Source: a virus
Taxonomy: Duplodnaviria > Caudoviricetes
Length of the DNA: 64,000 nt
Virus record (IMG/VR): IMGVR_UViG_3300047553_000334
Coordinates: 1,875-65,874 of that record
Reading direction: 5' to 3' (one strand)
Below, in pieces: positions 21,601-28,721 of the stretch; the stretch's first letter is position 1; each line of letters begins with the position of its first letter. Below the pieces are notes generated by a model. It ran no database searches. It was not told the origin of the DNA and saw only the letters and a list, made by a program, of their open reading frames with translations. A program made the translations under genes and the position numbers.

Positions 21601-22460
21601 TTGGTTACGTTGAAGTAAACGATAACTGGGCTGTCCAAGTACCTGTGCTTGGTAGGTTTGCTGGATTAGTCAAGCCAATAGCAGAAGCTGCATCTGTGGA
21701 AAACTATGGTCCGCTTGAAAAAATTGAAGCTGGATTTAATGGGCTTACAAAACAGCTTATTAAAAACAAGATTCACAATGGTGGACAGTTTATTATGAGT
21801 GCGTTTAGTGGGAAGACTTTTAAAGGATTACCTGCAGGCGAACAAGACGCAGGTCTTAAGGTTGCTGTTGAAAATGATGTGCGAGCACCATTCTATTTCC
21901 ATCCAACTGGATACTTGTTTCCACAACAAAGTAAGTTGGCAATGGATACTATGACGCTTGCTCATCAAAGGGCGTATTATGATGACCTTTTGAAATTAGC
22001 TATCTATTCTGAAATGGCTAAGAAGGGTTTGAATGAACAGCAGATTATGCGTGAAGGTGGCGTATTACCATCTGTTCGTGTAAGTCGTCAAGCAGCAAAT
22101 GAACTGTGGTGGAAAGGTACTGTTCCACGTTTGCTTGGATTTAACGTAATGTATGAACCTTACGGATACAAGTACATAAACAAATTCCCAACGCAGTTTG
22201 GACAGAGTAGTACGACTCTTGGACGTATCGCATACATGAGTAAGGATTGGTATAACTATCCAAATTTATTTGAGACTATGCGTGATCATCCTCGTCAATT
22301 GATTAGTGGTTGGCCAATACAGGATGTAAGTGGGCCATCTTTAGGATTCCCATCAAGTGAATCTCAAGCACGTTCCACACCACGCGAACGCATCAGGTTA
22401 CCATTGAACAACGTTACACGAGCTTTGATTCAGTACAATAGCGACAATAGAGGCAAATAA
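9696..22460 (+). CDS. Giant (4254 aa) internal virion / large polyvalent-type protein with HExxH metallopeptidase-like motif
   Basis: Uninterrupted 12.8-kb ORF with AGGAG RBS; last gene of the ejection cluster; AHEISHH motif at about 16644-16664. Confidence 0.65.
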   Translation: MPQTNSSRNRSVSDAYWKKRYQQAGVVPKAGGGVTVTKPTQRLGYEAPQDKQSWIQQNYIPITNLIQKGDTRVVSSQVLDIARSGFNSGYINQKQYDYIADNVERFRKALTTPVTSGGEQIPFTTLGQTGARGNFGEVQRSLKHSDLIRYNPDGSWEYDPRDANAAIRANVGRTQGLIKDANTNIFPDVGATAAGLLATVPLRVAKSFGYQPTFDENTFTGRVGRAAEGIEAGLSSFVPTVMSGISNRTRYAMSRAYGRTPEEAEQDAANLMMETPWYQVANAELAPAQTSPNFQLGSVLGMEAAAAVPSLYTSLGLLNAASSLGARVLSPFGSQASSIGRYAGIGAAVAAPPTITAFRDQLTGGQPGVREDIVSGVESFMDPVRTAQQRGTTESQMLGQQEFDPKGVYNTAAQRLGLFTMASGGAREMWRDVKNEAARGMFAFRGRLKETGNPFVAAKTGLAASVETEIGKAAAADLGFALTQPLGDIGRLVYSQTRFDKSKPVDVPKAEDLVIDTLLGLSASRPGKGAQWIFRGNPLERLEPKTMAIAAAVDTVNKQSPEINLLRQRIAELRGPDFKPNEADLRRVASELARTNSANLESLSRMDEIPEGIAIHRTPEEHIRAYVENPDSISVDVRSRYDNLIESMRGAKDKIDIEDGNPLNNLDILDNYRTDLATRRRRINELTKALLPEYEAMFKSMKSNKPVERTPAKYYGLKRGDGTMLVFTSDFESARIVPEHDSPDIQMLGPNYYGESSSRELTAERTAFHRSVVALRETPITLDGVEGVPIAFTGNSIYLKDSLGNVRAYTADKLLDAQRKAKSEGKNELVQQIQDVIDVVNESNKLYREGKISTFQSDGRVSVLTRDRAVRDSRFQVPLIDSPDDSRGRLIDRQNGYGIVQSDTGMYYIVPEIDLRGSDGEIYPVENELDDIHITDLDTENNRITVFLPNVDTGESFPLTLQLTPDQVQAFKNDGVPPDAYEFFREAMDMAEPFKRQVGDIVTIESKYLDGTTASRRYVIVQANADHGVGLPIDNLTGTEPSMVIFDHSGLKVERTNTEFLLREMQNAQRISGYDPTSDRPTDDPLGNIFKYAFWLSNRNTDTTVPVKLVPAIVNATAEELPSILHGHILSSLDDTGLLQNVVGSMREWLAKNPDSAGDFEFIVNQALATELSKGSADVSALALGHLTNIARNADLNDLVDLLIGRFDDEKEVSGETFFSSSPRRIGRSQGQFQIMLSAVNMINSFIRRKGRITDERLTKIITNFLGTNPSFEGNLENAITTIKRLAQLSSSINHLAYGVISEKGAIWMMEKLSALPHEVQVLSALLPFDGVRDIYQDDFGNWFASKEKYDAAVQRARELYADAASRGESGIDDLRSAMYDARLGFFFEIAAAGLEVTTRRPMVNVTDPRAVDVIRANAERASNAVNEMIKRVATAKLAVLSKRLQDNASADTPSVPVRLDELATASLLAAPDGVLHPEQIIDQNATEAAETSLVTMQSVIDNVRQQMDNIDAASVLPGVAVYTPDEATTVGTTALATAAKAHEGKLVLDASKQAFDALPPQVRDIVSSLASPLLWFSDVVRAIDRTGDDNLREALVFALMNAQGTEGASSLSIRLNTLFRTEEAFNRFNDFASVVYDKVNNTDTGRKTAVRGAMDQLLKLVDSMVGEEGTSLVDDAVAYYQGQNLNPILLKTFIELASKELIQSLISNATRVSPEAASDVLGSINTYVENNRERIRRAGAFVGDSAAKAEALRLIESGSTDGLRYLGFSFNGQRRTLIQDAVQSLVNNMSTRKYEGSAMAQAQALLNDARELARTVADFVLGDEGLAVGQDPASAYTPAVEVQSSSFIDALRGGMTFARTSTGPDTAPLLMAGNRAGLEKIILATLLDAANKAELNYESVDKALMEAVVGPEIAKKYFERLKQEDFVKRKIIFSREPVMRAAIIPGVDGRYTLPTGMARKELIEGQAMFNSYVTKMLNLLKPRDAQRFKDALAEYVNKKRAESGDQVFVFAMADLLAIAEGFNETRGVLFRASADASELSFGVTNKDAHNAAYKIKSRLASIVTDVERGVIPNRYDLADQFDNLGDATSFIDKFEAIDIYEPLPDDMVTMNDAEALGTLYSQMSRDNAYTDDQKKKFDTLAKSYRRVARSKDDSPAKVINRYSDARVVSANLAKVYDTYAARMATQKVSNDMKFNYDLDDYKALTALLGVNAEVQSKVMAATSVNEIFTEAVLDKDQQRQLVALRAAQLKQDFYNQHHKLFFAHEAMMNEMGYQRVADSARDVDGFITRTKIANATSSILFMAASKNFGKSALTVAHEISHHLFFSLPDAQQVRWLKAVIPPLNRDKSEKVVPEEELVHGYLNKQVDLLNGYSTLQDVYLFRRQTVEQFAGSKYTPEQIHNAKMILGELSATSLMNFILNSGVVHMPNDRVSIAEDLTSSLLNLQKVLAPIAKTLSSEFGPWAMVGDKPTNVFYYSPSSVVYESPKKTGVNRVFYPLKHGTYVQFINNIGKKFSSATRVVDIHDVIMANKEFIDGRSDKRQRLVDALSNVITDRDAVNEIVDKLIALKTENPRAEYGKHYRISLSGDKAFQKQADGTTEEQGYPVVGRVVGMAHERVTARFDRVRPFKLNGREWFISSKNKNDNSQWYGLNAYEKANGPTKLLQSGMRGDYGYVVESTAQIRLHTLFEGKDIDLGDNKMSRVDVPVRFIVGHDYIDTSQNFHLVGSGDAGNPAFMSIVYNMLAKIDQNVIQAAGQRTYEYELRINKALSEAMRTGDYSKWDETVTAPLALSMDKDIKNIIARTPVSEIQAVRQTATHAWLRNQSHSRSLYRWARNIKDEGTRSTVLGLIDRITEQHAFTVGESLSDSSITSATKRLQSVLKDGKGWYSFIPFSADKFAKNGMAPIVTAVHEQLFTSYDDLIRFYNEVKESRAELFASRDQTSLVPYLAQPTALTVAGETASTAGRSFAVEVDGVKVDSSSLIEQMFGLHVDNLDAAFQQFQMQWLGTQLTKWITENQSVVSGTNRSFSQRLAELYQGLMTGDPDAYTKSGLSKDFVIGGKQIDLDSALRLVAQAAGTPENFENGLRYYAGQSDIAIQFSAETGLKVVPHAVLDHIANKIFTNQDDMIRFMTAVAGDTSDTVSQSDVIRARNLFNTVEHIVRTDAKIRSSALRNWKSYELVKSDPNSYEVIIRSPDRDIAADEVGASKSGALYRVNMQTGKTHLVAESRRYDAQTNKWVETYENIQDIDDYLRYNWVRKPNETARRDPFAFDAKPRAIKLDAKQLFGFDDFLKVNDTLMALAGEYGVSHGVVNDEPVYFMLPISIAELAASEINIFDPDVPIRNAGMNIIKGTYDKKEKQWSFVDTSNNWQDANNYRSQMPMGLLEMVISPFDKSSAMTLTYDRQQEIAKHKMLQEEYHIAKLLLAKDRNVDNPQHSEFTKVGKQALFNSESDLMQDASTGTWFSSSPKFMDETPDNIPELRKPSALHVNDTEDPIIQSSMGVLDDLAADAKEKAFQVPQEVTFYRDPKTKGGMLQSGTKDKLVLQVSSDIYDKLVTDPLKGSQWETTVKDGQAITLDGADADVYFASTPKFVDTAYNVYAYGLKPLQDFFRGVLGLDLSAFAIQLGSMMVRAPYQTFKALVLSVPELFAGSSADIGLVLGSLWHGARQQRRLKGEGQWFNQSLNLDARYYDFIMNSVVDRFNQTNIGTTVSMSELIDDYYMQSSYSDWYKRSKANMIADPTKYKSIIDTPWESQRENVFSGGIMGTVVPGWRRAEMTRQLILDLAMLQQSLSAVKDARANQAKNKDRDISDSEVDKDIKAALTNLGKEIGIGSHARSKTQAPIWRALSNVVQYFMTAPSYTRNFNQFVGFTPFVGTKEKINEWSKIATQNGPAWLRGEVFDIESDLRHQNFETAWAEKRRIKYRNQAAITWGIIAALNAWVNFQQHQKNRPYEEEDKTSWMDIMSKRFGYVEVNDNWAVQVPVLGRFAGLVKPIAEAASVENYGPLEKIEAGFNGLTKQLIKNKIHNGGQFIMSAFSGKTFKGLPAGEQDAGLKVAVENDVRAPFYFHPTGYLFPQQSKLAMDTMTLAHQRAYYDDLLKLAIYSEMAKKGLNEQQIMREGGVLPSVRVSRQAANELWWKGTVPRLLGFNVMYEPYGYKYINKFPTQFGQSSTTLGRIAYMSKDWYNYPNLFETMRDHPRQLISGWPIQDVSGPSLGFPSSESQARSTPRERIRLPLNNVTRALIQYNSDNRGK

Positions 22461-23251
22461 TGAATAGTAACGAGTTAGCAAAAGCGTTCTTAGAAATTGC
22501 AAACAAATATGTTGGGGTTGCTGAACAACCTCACGGCAGTAATCGTGGAACATTGATTGACAAATGGAATCTACAATGCAATGTTCCAGCAGGAAGTTTT
22601 TGGTGTTGTAGTTTTGTTTCTGGTGTTGGAAAGGAATTGCAGGACACACATGGTATTCAATGGCCGATTCCATTGACTGCAGATTGTGATGTTGTGTATG
22701 CATTTGCTAAGAGACGTCAATTGATTACATCGTCTCCTAGCCCCGGAGATCTTTTCCTGTGCCACAAAGGTGATGATGCATATCACATTGGGATTGTAGA
22801 TGTTGAAGGTAATGATGGTGTCATTGGTAGCATAGAAGGCAACAGTAATAATGATGGCAGCCGTAATGGTTATCAAGTAGCTCGACGTCCAAATGTATTT
22901 GGGAACAGATCGATAAGCACCTTAAAATTTGTGCGATGGACTTCTCTTGTACAAGATAAAGATAACTGGGTTGTTAAGGTGGGAGGTAAACAGGTTGAGT
23001 GTATTAATCACGGCAACCGAGTTTACGCTCCATTACGACAAACGTTGAATCTATTCTTTACACAACATGAAGTACTGGTAAACCTTAAGGCTACTGAAGA
23101 TGGTGCAATGTGGGGTGATGACATTATCCCTGCGCCACTTATCACTCGTGATGGCAAGAGATATATTGGCGTCAGGGATATTGCTATATGGATGCAATGC
23201 AATATTGCAATAAATGAAATAACTAAGACTGTTATTTTACTAAAGCCCTAA
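22460..23251 (+). CDS. Endolysin: CHAP amidase/peptidase domain plus C-terminal copper-amine-oxidase-N-like repeats
   Basis: YVGVAE..GSNRG, WCCSFVS (catalytic Cys), PGDL, HIGIV (His), IEGN; C-terminal RVYAPLR and RYIGVRDIA half-repeats. Confidence 0.85.
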   Translation: MNSNELAKAFLEIANKYVGVAEQPHGSNRGTLIDKWNLQCNVPAGSFWCCSFVSGVGKELQDTHGIQWPIPLTADCDVVYAFAKRRQLITSSPSPGDLFLCHKGDDAYHIGIVDVEGNDGVIGSIEGNSNNDGSRNGYQVARRPNVFGNRSISTLKFVRWTSLVQDKDNWVVKVGGKQVECINHGNRVYAPLRQTLNLFFTQHEVLVNLKATEDGAMWGDDIIPAPLITRDGKRYIGVRDIAIWMQCNIAINEITKTVILLKP

Positions 23252-24610
23252 TAAGTCAAATTCTGAGAACTTGGCGTACCGGGGTTCAAAATCTAATAGG
23301 GATACTCCGGTGCGCCCGTTACGGTTCTTTGCAGTGATAATCTCTGCTTTATCAGTACCGTAATCCTCTTCTCCGTCTTGCTTGCGATCGTAGTATGCAG
23401 ACCTATAGATAAACTGAATAACGTCTGCGTCTGATTCAATGTCTCCTGATTCACGTAAATCAGACATCATTGGACGCTTGTCTTGGCGTTGCTCTACTGC
23501 ACGAGATAGAGATGACAATGCAATAACCGGACAGTTAAACTCTCTGGCTATATCTTTCAGTCCACGACTGATAACACCAATGTCTCGCGTCCTGTTCTCA
23601 GACTTAACTGTAGCTGGCATACTAATCATCTGAAGATAGTCAACTACTATTAATCCGACTGCTGCCTTTTTACGCATGTTCTTAGCGCCGTCTCGTATAG
23701 ACTGCAATGTAACAGACTGGTCTGCCATAACGTCTATAGTTAATGTCTTTGCAGTACGTGACGTTGTTGCCAAGCAGTCCATCTCGTGACTAGATAGTTT
23801 CTTGGTTTGTATGGCTTGACTATCCACTCCACTATAGATGCTCAGCATACGTGCAGTTACCATGGCTTTAGACATCTCTGCGCTAACAACCAAGACGCCA
23901 GTACGCTGCTCTAAATTACGTAAAGCTACTGCTGCATTCCATGCATACTGCAATCCTAAACTAGACTTACCCATAGATGGTCGTCCGCCAACAATAATCA
24001 GTTCTCCGTCTCTCCATCCACCAGTAATGTGATCTATGTCAGTAAAGCCACTGCTAATACTGAAGTCAATCTTGTCTTCTTTTCTGTTGATTGCCGTATG
24101 AGTTAGATCAAAAATTAACTGAGATAAATCATCAGTTGCCTTTCCGGATTGAGTAAACGTAACAGAGTTATTTAAATCAGTGACAATAGAATCAACAGGA
24201 TCCTCACCTATAGATGCACGTTTACTTGCATACTCAGCAGCAAAAATGATCTCTCTACGCTTATGGTATTCCCATACAATGTCAGCATAACTGTTGCAGT
24301 GGCCTGTTGTAGGCAGTAGTTCCGCACATTGCATGATGTATCCCAGTCCACCACATGACTCCAGTGCGTTTCTCTTTGTTAGTTCTTCATTGACTGTGAC
24401 AATGTCAATCTCTTTTCCTGAATCATCTATCGCCTTATAAGCATCCCAGATTAGACTGTGTGCAACGCGATAGAACATTGACTTATCTATGCGCTGCATG
24501 TCTTTGAATAACTTATTACCACCTAAAAGAATAGATGCTATGAGCGATTGCTCGCTCATAACATCTGATGGGATTTCAATATTGAAGCCTAAGCTTTTAT
24601 TGTTGTTCAT
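23240..24610 (-). CDS. dnaB: Replicative DNA helicase DnaB
   Basis: GGRPSMGKS Walker A, VVDYLQM, LSSLSRAVEQRQDKRPMMSDLRESGDIESDAD, KNRNG. Confidence 0.97.
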   Translation of the reverse strand: MNNNKSLGFNIEIPSDVMSEQSLIASILLGGNKLFKDMQRIDKSMFYRVAHSLIWDAYKAIDDSGKEIDIVTVNEELTKRNALESCGGLGYIMQCAELLPTTGHCNSYADIVWEYHKRREIIFAAEYASKRASIGEDPVDSIVTDLNNSVTFTQSGKATDDLSQLIFDLTHTAINRKEDKIDFSISSGFTDIDHITGGWRDGELIIVGGRPSMGKSSLGLQYAWNAAVALRNLEQRTGVLVVSAEMSKAMVTARMLSIYSGVDSQAIQTKKLSSHEMDCLATTSRTAKTLTIDVMADQSVTLQSIRDGAKNMRKKAAVGLIVVDYLQMISMPATVKSENRTRDIGVISRGLKDIAREFNCPVIALSSLSRAVEQRQDKRPMMSDLRESGDIESDADVIQFIYRSAYYDRKQDGEEDYGTDKAEIITAKNRNGRTGVSLLDFEPRYAKFSEFDLLGL

Positions 24611-25025
24611 TGATTTCGTTGGTTAACCTTACAAGTAATATTTCACTGATGATTTCTGCAAGTTGCTGTCCTTTGACTGGTGGCTCCACTCTCCAAGCAC
24701 GTAAACCACCAGTCTTTTTTAGCACTAGCACAACAGTAGGATGAAGCTTGTTTGGATCAAGTCCAATCCTGATTGCCTCGGATATGTCATGAATAACCAT
24801 ATGTGGTTGTGCATCTCCGTACTTCTCTATAGCAATATTGAGTAGTACCTCTGATGGTGTGGGTCGGAACTTACACCTAGTTAAAATGCGTTGCATCCCA
24901 CGCTTGATGTCTTCATCTCCAATGTTGTTTACAGCAACTCTGTAAACGGTCTCACTTGTGTCATTCCAAGGTATAGAACTTGGTAACTGCGAGAGAACAG
25001 CCAGTAATTTATCAGTCAACGTCAT
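24597..25025 (-). CDS. Putative helicase loader/inhibitor (SPP1 G39P-like)
   Basis: 142 aa between initiator and DnaB; CKFRPTPSEV motif characteristic of such loaders. Confidence 0.6.
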   Translation of the reverse strand: MTLTDKLLAVLSQLPSSIPWNDTSETVYRVAVNNIGDEDIKRGMQRILTRCKFRPTPSEVLLNIAIEKYGDAQPHMVIHDISEAIRIGLDPNKLHPTVVLVLKKTGGLRAWRVEPPVKGQQLAEIISEILLVRLTNEINEQQ

Positions 25026-25725
25026 CGAACCATGCCTCTACTTTCTTTTGTATATCTGATGAAACCTGTGTTGGTTGTGCGTATGTATCCCAATGCTTCC
25101 ATAGTGATCGCACGGTTACCATTTCTGGCTTCCACTTTCCTAACAACTCTTTTGTACGAATATACACATCGTCACTTGTCACACCTGCCTTATGCATTTG
25201 CCAAATAGTGAGTCGCACATCCTTCCATTCTTTATCAGTAACATTCAATAACTCAAGTGTCGGTAACTTGTATCTAGCAATTTTAAACTGCTTATACAAT
25301 GCAAACGCAGGGTCATCTTCTTTTGCTGCATCCTTTTGTATTTGCTTGACTGCTTGAACTTTTACGTCTTCTGCGTGTACTACTGAATCAGGAAACAGCT
25401 TATAGCCATTGCTTGATGTTCTCCCGTTGGGAGATGTTCTTGCATTGATTGCTAGTAATCTTTTGCCGTTAATCTGCATACCGCATAGATACTTAAGGGC
25501 AGTCTTGACTGTTGCTTCTGAAAGACCTGTGCATTCAACTATGCGTCCTATGCTAGGCCAGCAATATCCCTCGTTGTCAACGTGCATGACAATGACCATA
25601 AACACGACAAACCCTGACGGAGTGAATGTAGCTATGTGGTCAACAAGTGATCGGTCCACCTGAACAAAGCCAGACGACTTTTCACCGGACAAGCCAAATG
25701 ACTTGCCGTTAAATACAGTAATCAT
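25012..25725 (-). CDS. Replication initiator with winged HTH
   Basis: GYCWPSIGRIVECTGLSEATVKTALKYL HTH followed by TSSNGY; upstream of loader and helicase. Confidence 0.8.
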   Translation of the reverse strand: MITVFNGKSFGLSGEKSSGFVQVDRSLVDHIATFTPSGFVVFMVIVMHVDNEGYCWPSIGRIVECTGLSEATVKTALKYLCGMQINGKRLLAINARTSPNGRTSSNGYKLFPDSVVHAEDVKVQAVKQIQKDAAKEDDPAFALYKQFKIARYKLPTLELLNVTDKEWKDVRLTIWQMHKAGVTSDDVYIRTKELLGKWKPEMVTVRSLWKHWDTYAQPTQVSSDIQKKVEAWFDDVD

Positions 25726-25734
25726 TGTAAATTC

Positions 25735-26355
25735 CTATTGGTTATATGGGCATTGATCGCAGTATCTGATTCGCTTGACATCATCCTCTTCTGCCAGCTT
25801 AGTAAGACCTGCGTCATATATTTCTTGTAGTGGTATTGGTGTTGTGCTGATTAAAGATAACGCCTTATTGACGTCATCGACTGACCAGCCTGACGGTATC
25901 TCTACTGCCTTAAGTTGTTTCTTTGGTTCTTCTTCTTTATCTCCCTTGAGTTCTCTTTCAAATTCTGTGATTGTTATTCCTCTTGCTTTTGCTGATTCAA
26001 GAATTTGTTTTTGCTGCTCGGTCCCCATATGTGCAACAAGCCTATGATGAGTCCAACTGAGACCTGCAACCCTGTTGCTAATAGGAACATTGTTAGAAAC
26101 CCAACTCCAGTTAGCAAGGCTTTGATAAGCGTAACCAGTAGCGTCCATTGCTTGTGAGTACTTCTCACCATAACGTTTTTGTCCATAGTTTAATGCGTCT
26201 CCAATGGAGAACTGAATACCTGTAGATAACTGTTGGAGTGTAGACATAAGGCGCAGCCACTGATCGTATTCAATATCGTGGTTGAAATATAAACCTACAT
26301 CAGTAACGCTAACTGCATCTGGGATGCTACCTATGTAAACTAATTCGTCTGCCAT
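25735..26355 (-). CDS. LmbU-like DNA-binding protein
   Basis: QFSIGDALNYGQKRYGEKYSQA...LSWTHHRLVA matches the LmbU-family pattern; likely start ATG 26355. Confidence 0.7.
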   Translation of the reverse strand: MADELVYIGSIPDAVSVTDVGLYFNHDIEYDQWLRLMSTLQQLSTGIQFSIGDALNYGQKRYGEKYSQAMDATGYAYQSLANWSWVSNNVPISNRVAGLSWTHHRLVAHMGTEQQKQILESAKARGITITEFERELKGDKEEEPKKQLKAVEIPSGWSVDDVNKALSLISTTPIPLQEIYDAGLTKLAEEDDVKRIRYCDQCPYNQ

Positions 26356-26375
26356 TCTCTTTCCTTTGTTGGGAC

Positions 26376-26405
26376 AAAAGACCACGGATTATTATCCGTG
26401 GTCTT
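26376..26405 (-). terminator. Intrinsic terminator-like hairpin
   Basis: Perfect 12-bp stem AAGACCACGGAT/ATCCGTGGTCTT, ending in a U-run on the minus strand, downstream of the Gam-like gene. Confidence 0.6.
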
Positions 26406-26459
26406 CCATTTGGTTGTTGTTGGCTTCTGTGTTGATATGGTTTCAGAAGCACTGCAATC

Positions 26460-27023
26460 TTACTCCTCGGTATCGTTTGCTGTCAATGCTTTGATAGTGA
26501 TATTTTCTGTTGGATTCGAGATACAGAATACGTCAGGGTATTGCTCTACAAGCGTAAGTTGAATCTCTTTAGGTATCCTGCTTTTATACACCTTGTATTG
26601 CTGCACTACAGCATCACACGACAGTGGGATAACTTCAGCTGCTCTCTGCTCATCCATAATTGTAAACGACGCAGGGACTGTGCGGAAAGATACTTGACCC
26701 CACGGGCACTTCCATGTCTTTGCCTTGCCAGTGAGTTGTTTCTCTGCAAAGTCTGCAATTTGTTCGCCATAGCGACTTTTGAACCATTCGACTTTGCGTT
26801 CTTTCTCTCTGACAAGTTGCTTGCATCGATCAACTACAGACTGCATAGCAAGTTGTTCTGCTTTAAGTTCTGTCTCATACTTGAGTAAGCGTTGCATTGC
26901 CAGAAGCACATCGTCTTCTGTGGTTAGTGTATCACCAAGCCAGCCATCGATAGGTCCAGCGTACTCACCTGTCTCGATGTCGTAATATGCGTCGCCGATA
27001 ATATCAAACTTAGATTTGTCCAT
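26460..27023 (-). CDS. Host-nuclease inhibitor Gam-like protein (Mu Gam family)
   Basis: Coiled-coil followed by KAKTWKCPWGQVSFR; adjacent to the SSAP gene. Confidence 0.7.
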   Translation of the reverse strand: MDKSKFDIIGDAYYDIETGEYAGPIDGWLGDTLTTEDDVLLAMQRLLKYETELKAEQLAMQSVVDRCKQLVREKERKVEWFKSRYGEQIADFAEKQLTGKAKTWKCPWGQVSFRTVPASFTIMDEQRAAEVIPLSCDAVVQQYKVYKSRIPKEIQLTLVEQYPDVFCISNPTENITIKALTANDTEE

Positions 27024-27615
27024 TGAGTCCCTCTTCCTCTACTGCTAAAAATACTGCTTCTGCTTCTTCTGGTTTGTTGAATCCTTGTAGTACTTCTATA
27101 ACTAACTTAAGGTTTTCTTCCGTAGTATTTGTGTGTCCAGCAAGACGCTCAAACACACGTTTCATGTCAGATGGTGTAATGTCTTTACCCCAGATACGTT
27201 TGCACTCAAAAGCAAACTGCTTACCAGCAGTGAGTGTAGATGCCTTAGCTTGTTGTGGTGCATCAACAATACGTATGTCACCAGATGGTGTTATTGGTTC
27301 TTCTAGTTCCTGAGCAAACAATGTGCCATATCCACACAGAGCTAGTGCTCGTCCAATAGCGCCTGTCTCTGCTTTCTCTCGGTAATCTGCAAAGTGTTTC
27401 TCATGTTCAGTCTTGTGTGCTTTAGCAATTAGTCGTCCTGTTACATCCTGAATCTCAGCAGCAAATGTACAGTAGTCAGCGCCCGAAAGTTCGGGCACTG
27501 CATACGTCATGATTGTCCAGTCTGGATGGTCTTCTCGAAACCATGCAATACGTGGAGCAACAGGCAAGTATTGCTTGCCTTTAAGATTTAGGAAATGGTC
27601 TTTGGGATTAAACAT
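27010..27615 (-). CDS. Single-strand annealing recombinase (Rad52/Sak/ERF-like)
   Basis: LKGKQYLPVAPRIAWFREDHP ... EKAETGAIGRALALCGYG; likely start ATG 27615 after GGAG. Confidence 0.7.
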   Translation of the reverse strand: MFNPKDHFLNLKGKQYLPVAPRIAWFREDHPDWTIMTYAVPELSGADYCTFAAEIQDVTGRLIAKAHKTEHEKHFADYREKAETGAIGRALALCGYGTLFAQELEEPITPSGDIRIVDAPQQAKASTLTAGKQFAFECKRIWGKDITPSDMKRVFERLAGHTNTTEENLKLVIEVLQGFNKPEEAEAVFLAVEEEGLNGQI

Positions 27616-28282
27616 TCTCTTCTCCAAACAATTCTTCTTTTGCTTCATCACTAAGTGATGTAATAACAGACTTGCTAGTTGACGATGCCATCAACATGTC
27701 ATAGATAGTCTCGTTGTTAATACCGTATCTGTACTTATTACTTAGTACCCCAAGAGGCAGTGCTCCAAACATTGTGTAGTTATCTTTAGGTGAAAACATA
27801 TCAACAACTTCATTGTGGTTACTGCCGATGATCGCACATATTTGTCCGTCAATATTGATAGTCTTGCAGTCTAGGTCATGCTTTGCATATTTTTGTGGAT
27901 CTAACAAGACTGTAATCATGGTTGTCTCGTTAGGATATATGTGGTTGCCGTTAGCTGCGTATATGTTTGACGGTACGTAGTTATCACATCCGTACACATA
28001 CATCGTTGTGCCGTTGTAACTAAGTGCTCTGAACTCATCTAGTACTGATTTCCATGTCATGATTTTTGGTTCGCGATTATTATTTGTAAAGTAATCAGGA
28101 TCGTCGTTTACCTCTAGAAATATCTTGTCGCCGATGCGTGATGCAAACCACGACACCGTGTTGTCTTCTTCTGTATATGAAACATATGTTGTCTCGTACC
28201 ATTTCTTTGGTATGTAAACATCCATTTGCTCTGGGTCTACAGGAAACAGGTAGCTCTTACGCCTACCGTTGTCTGAACTCAT
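27608..28282 (-). CDS. Hypothetical protein
   Basis: 224-aa ORF with GAGGAG RBS, overlapping both neighbours. Confidence 0.7.
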   Translation of the reverse strand: MSSDNGRRKSYLFPVDPEQMDVYIPKKWYETTYVSYTEEDNTVSWFASRIGDKIFLEVNDDPDYFTNNNREPKIMTWKSVLDEFRALSYNGTTMYVYGCDNYVPSNIYAANGNHIYPNETTMITVLLDPQKYAKHDLDCKTINIDGQICAIIGSNHNEVVDMFSPKDNYTMFGALPLGVLSNKYRYGINNETIYDMLMASSTSKSVITSLSDEAKEELFGEENV

Positions 28283-28694
28283 TATTAATAAACTCCTCTA
28301 TCTTTTTAATTGTTTGTTCGTTACCAATCACTAGTTCCACGGTGTGTATTTCATTGAGAACTTCATCTAATGATCTACACACACGTGTTACTTGCATATC
28401 TGAATAAATCTGTTGTTTTGTTTGCACTTTCCCTTTCTCTGTTTTCAATTCGATGCCAACACCAATAGGTATTTTCCACTTGGTATTGTGTACGTATAAG
28501 TCTGGTAGACCTATTGTGTTTCCTTGCCATCCTGTTGCGTAATGACGAGTACGACATGATGGACATGTAACTTTAGTTCTGGCTTTACCAGACTCAAATA
28601 CTGTGTAACCTAGCAGTTGCAACGATTGGACAACCAACTGTTGCAACTGCTTTTCTGTCATCGATTGAAGTAATATGCTGCTGCGATTAACCAT
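28263..28694 (-). CDS. VRR-NUC / PD-(D/E)xK endonuclease (resolvase-like)
   Basis: TEKQLQ..., GLPDL, GIELKTEKGKVQTKQ, RSLDEV; CPSC insert. Start probably ATG 28661. Confidence 0.8.
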   Translation of the reverse strand: MVNRSSILLQSMTEKQLQQLVVQSLQLLGYTVFESGKARTKVTCPSCRTRHYATGWQGNTIGLPDLYVHNTKWKIPIGVGIELKTEKGKVQTKQQIYSDMQVTRVCRSLDEVLNEIHTVELVIGNEQTIKKIEEFINNEFRQR

Positions 28695-28721
28695 AACAAT
28701 GCAAGTATAGGTGTGATGCAG

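Noticed and set aside
9696-22460. Virion RNA polymerase (N4- or crAss-like) in the giant ORF
   Set aside because: No DxDGD or recognisable T7-type polymerase motifs seen; cannot be fully excluded without structure search.
68-22876. Numerous short minus-strand ORFs within the structural genes
   Set aside because: Antisense shadows of long plus-strand CDSs, without RBS or motifs.
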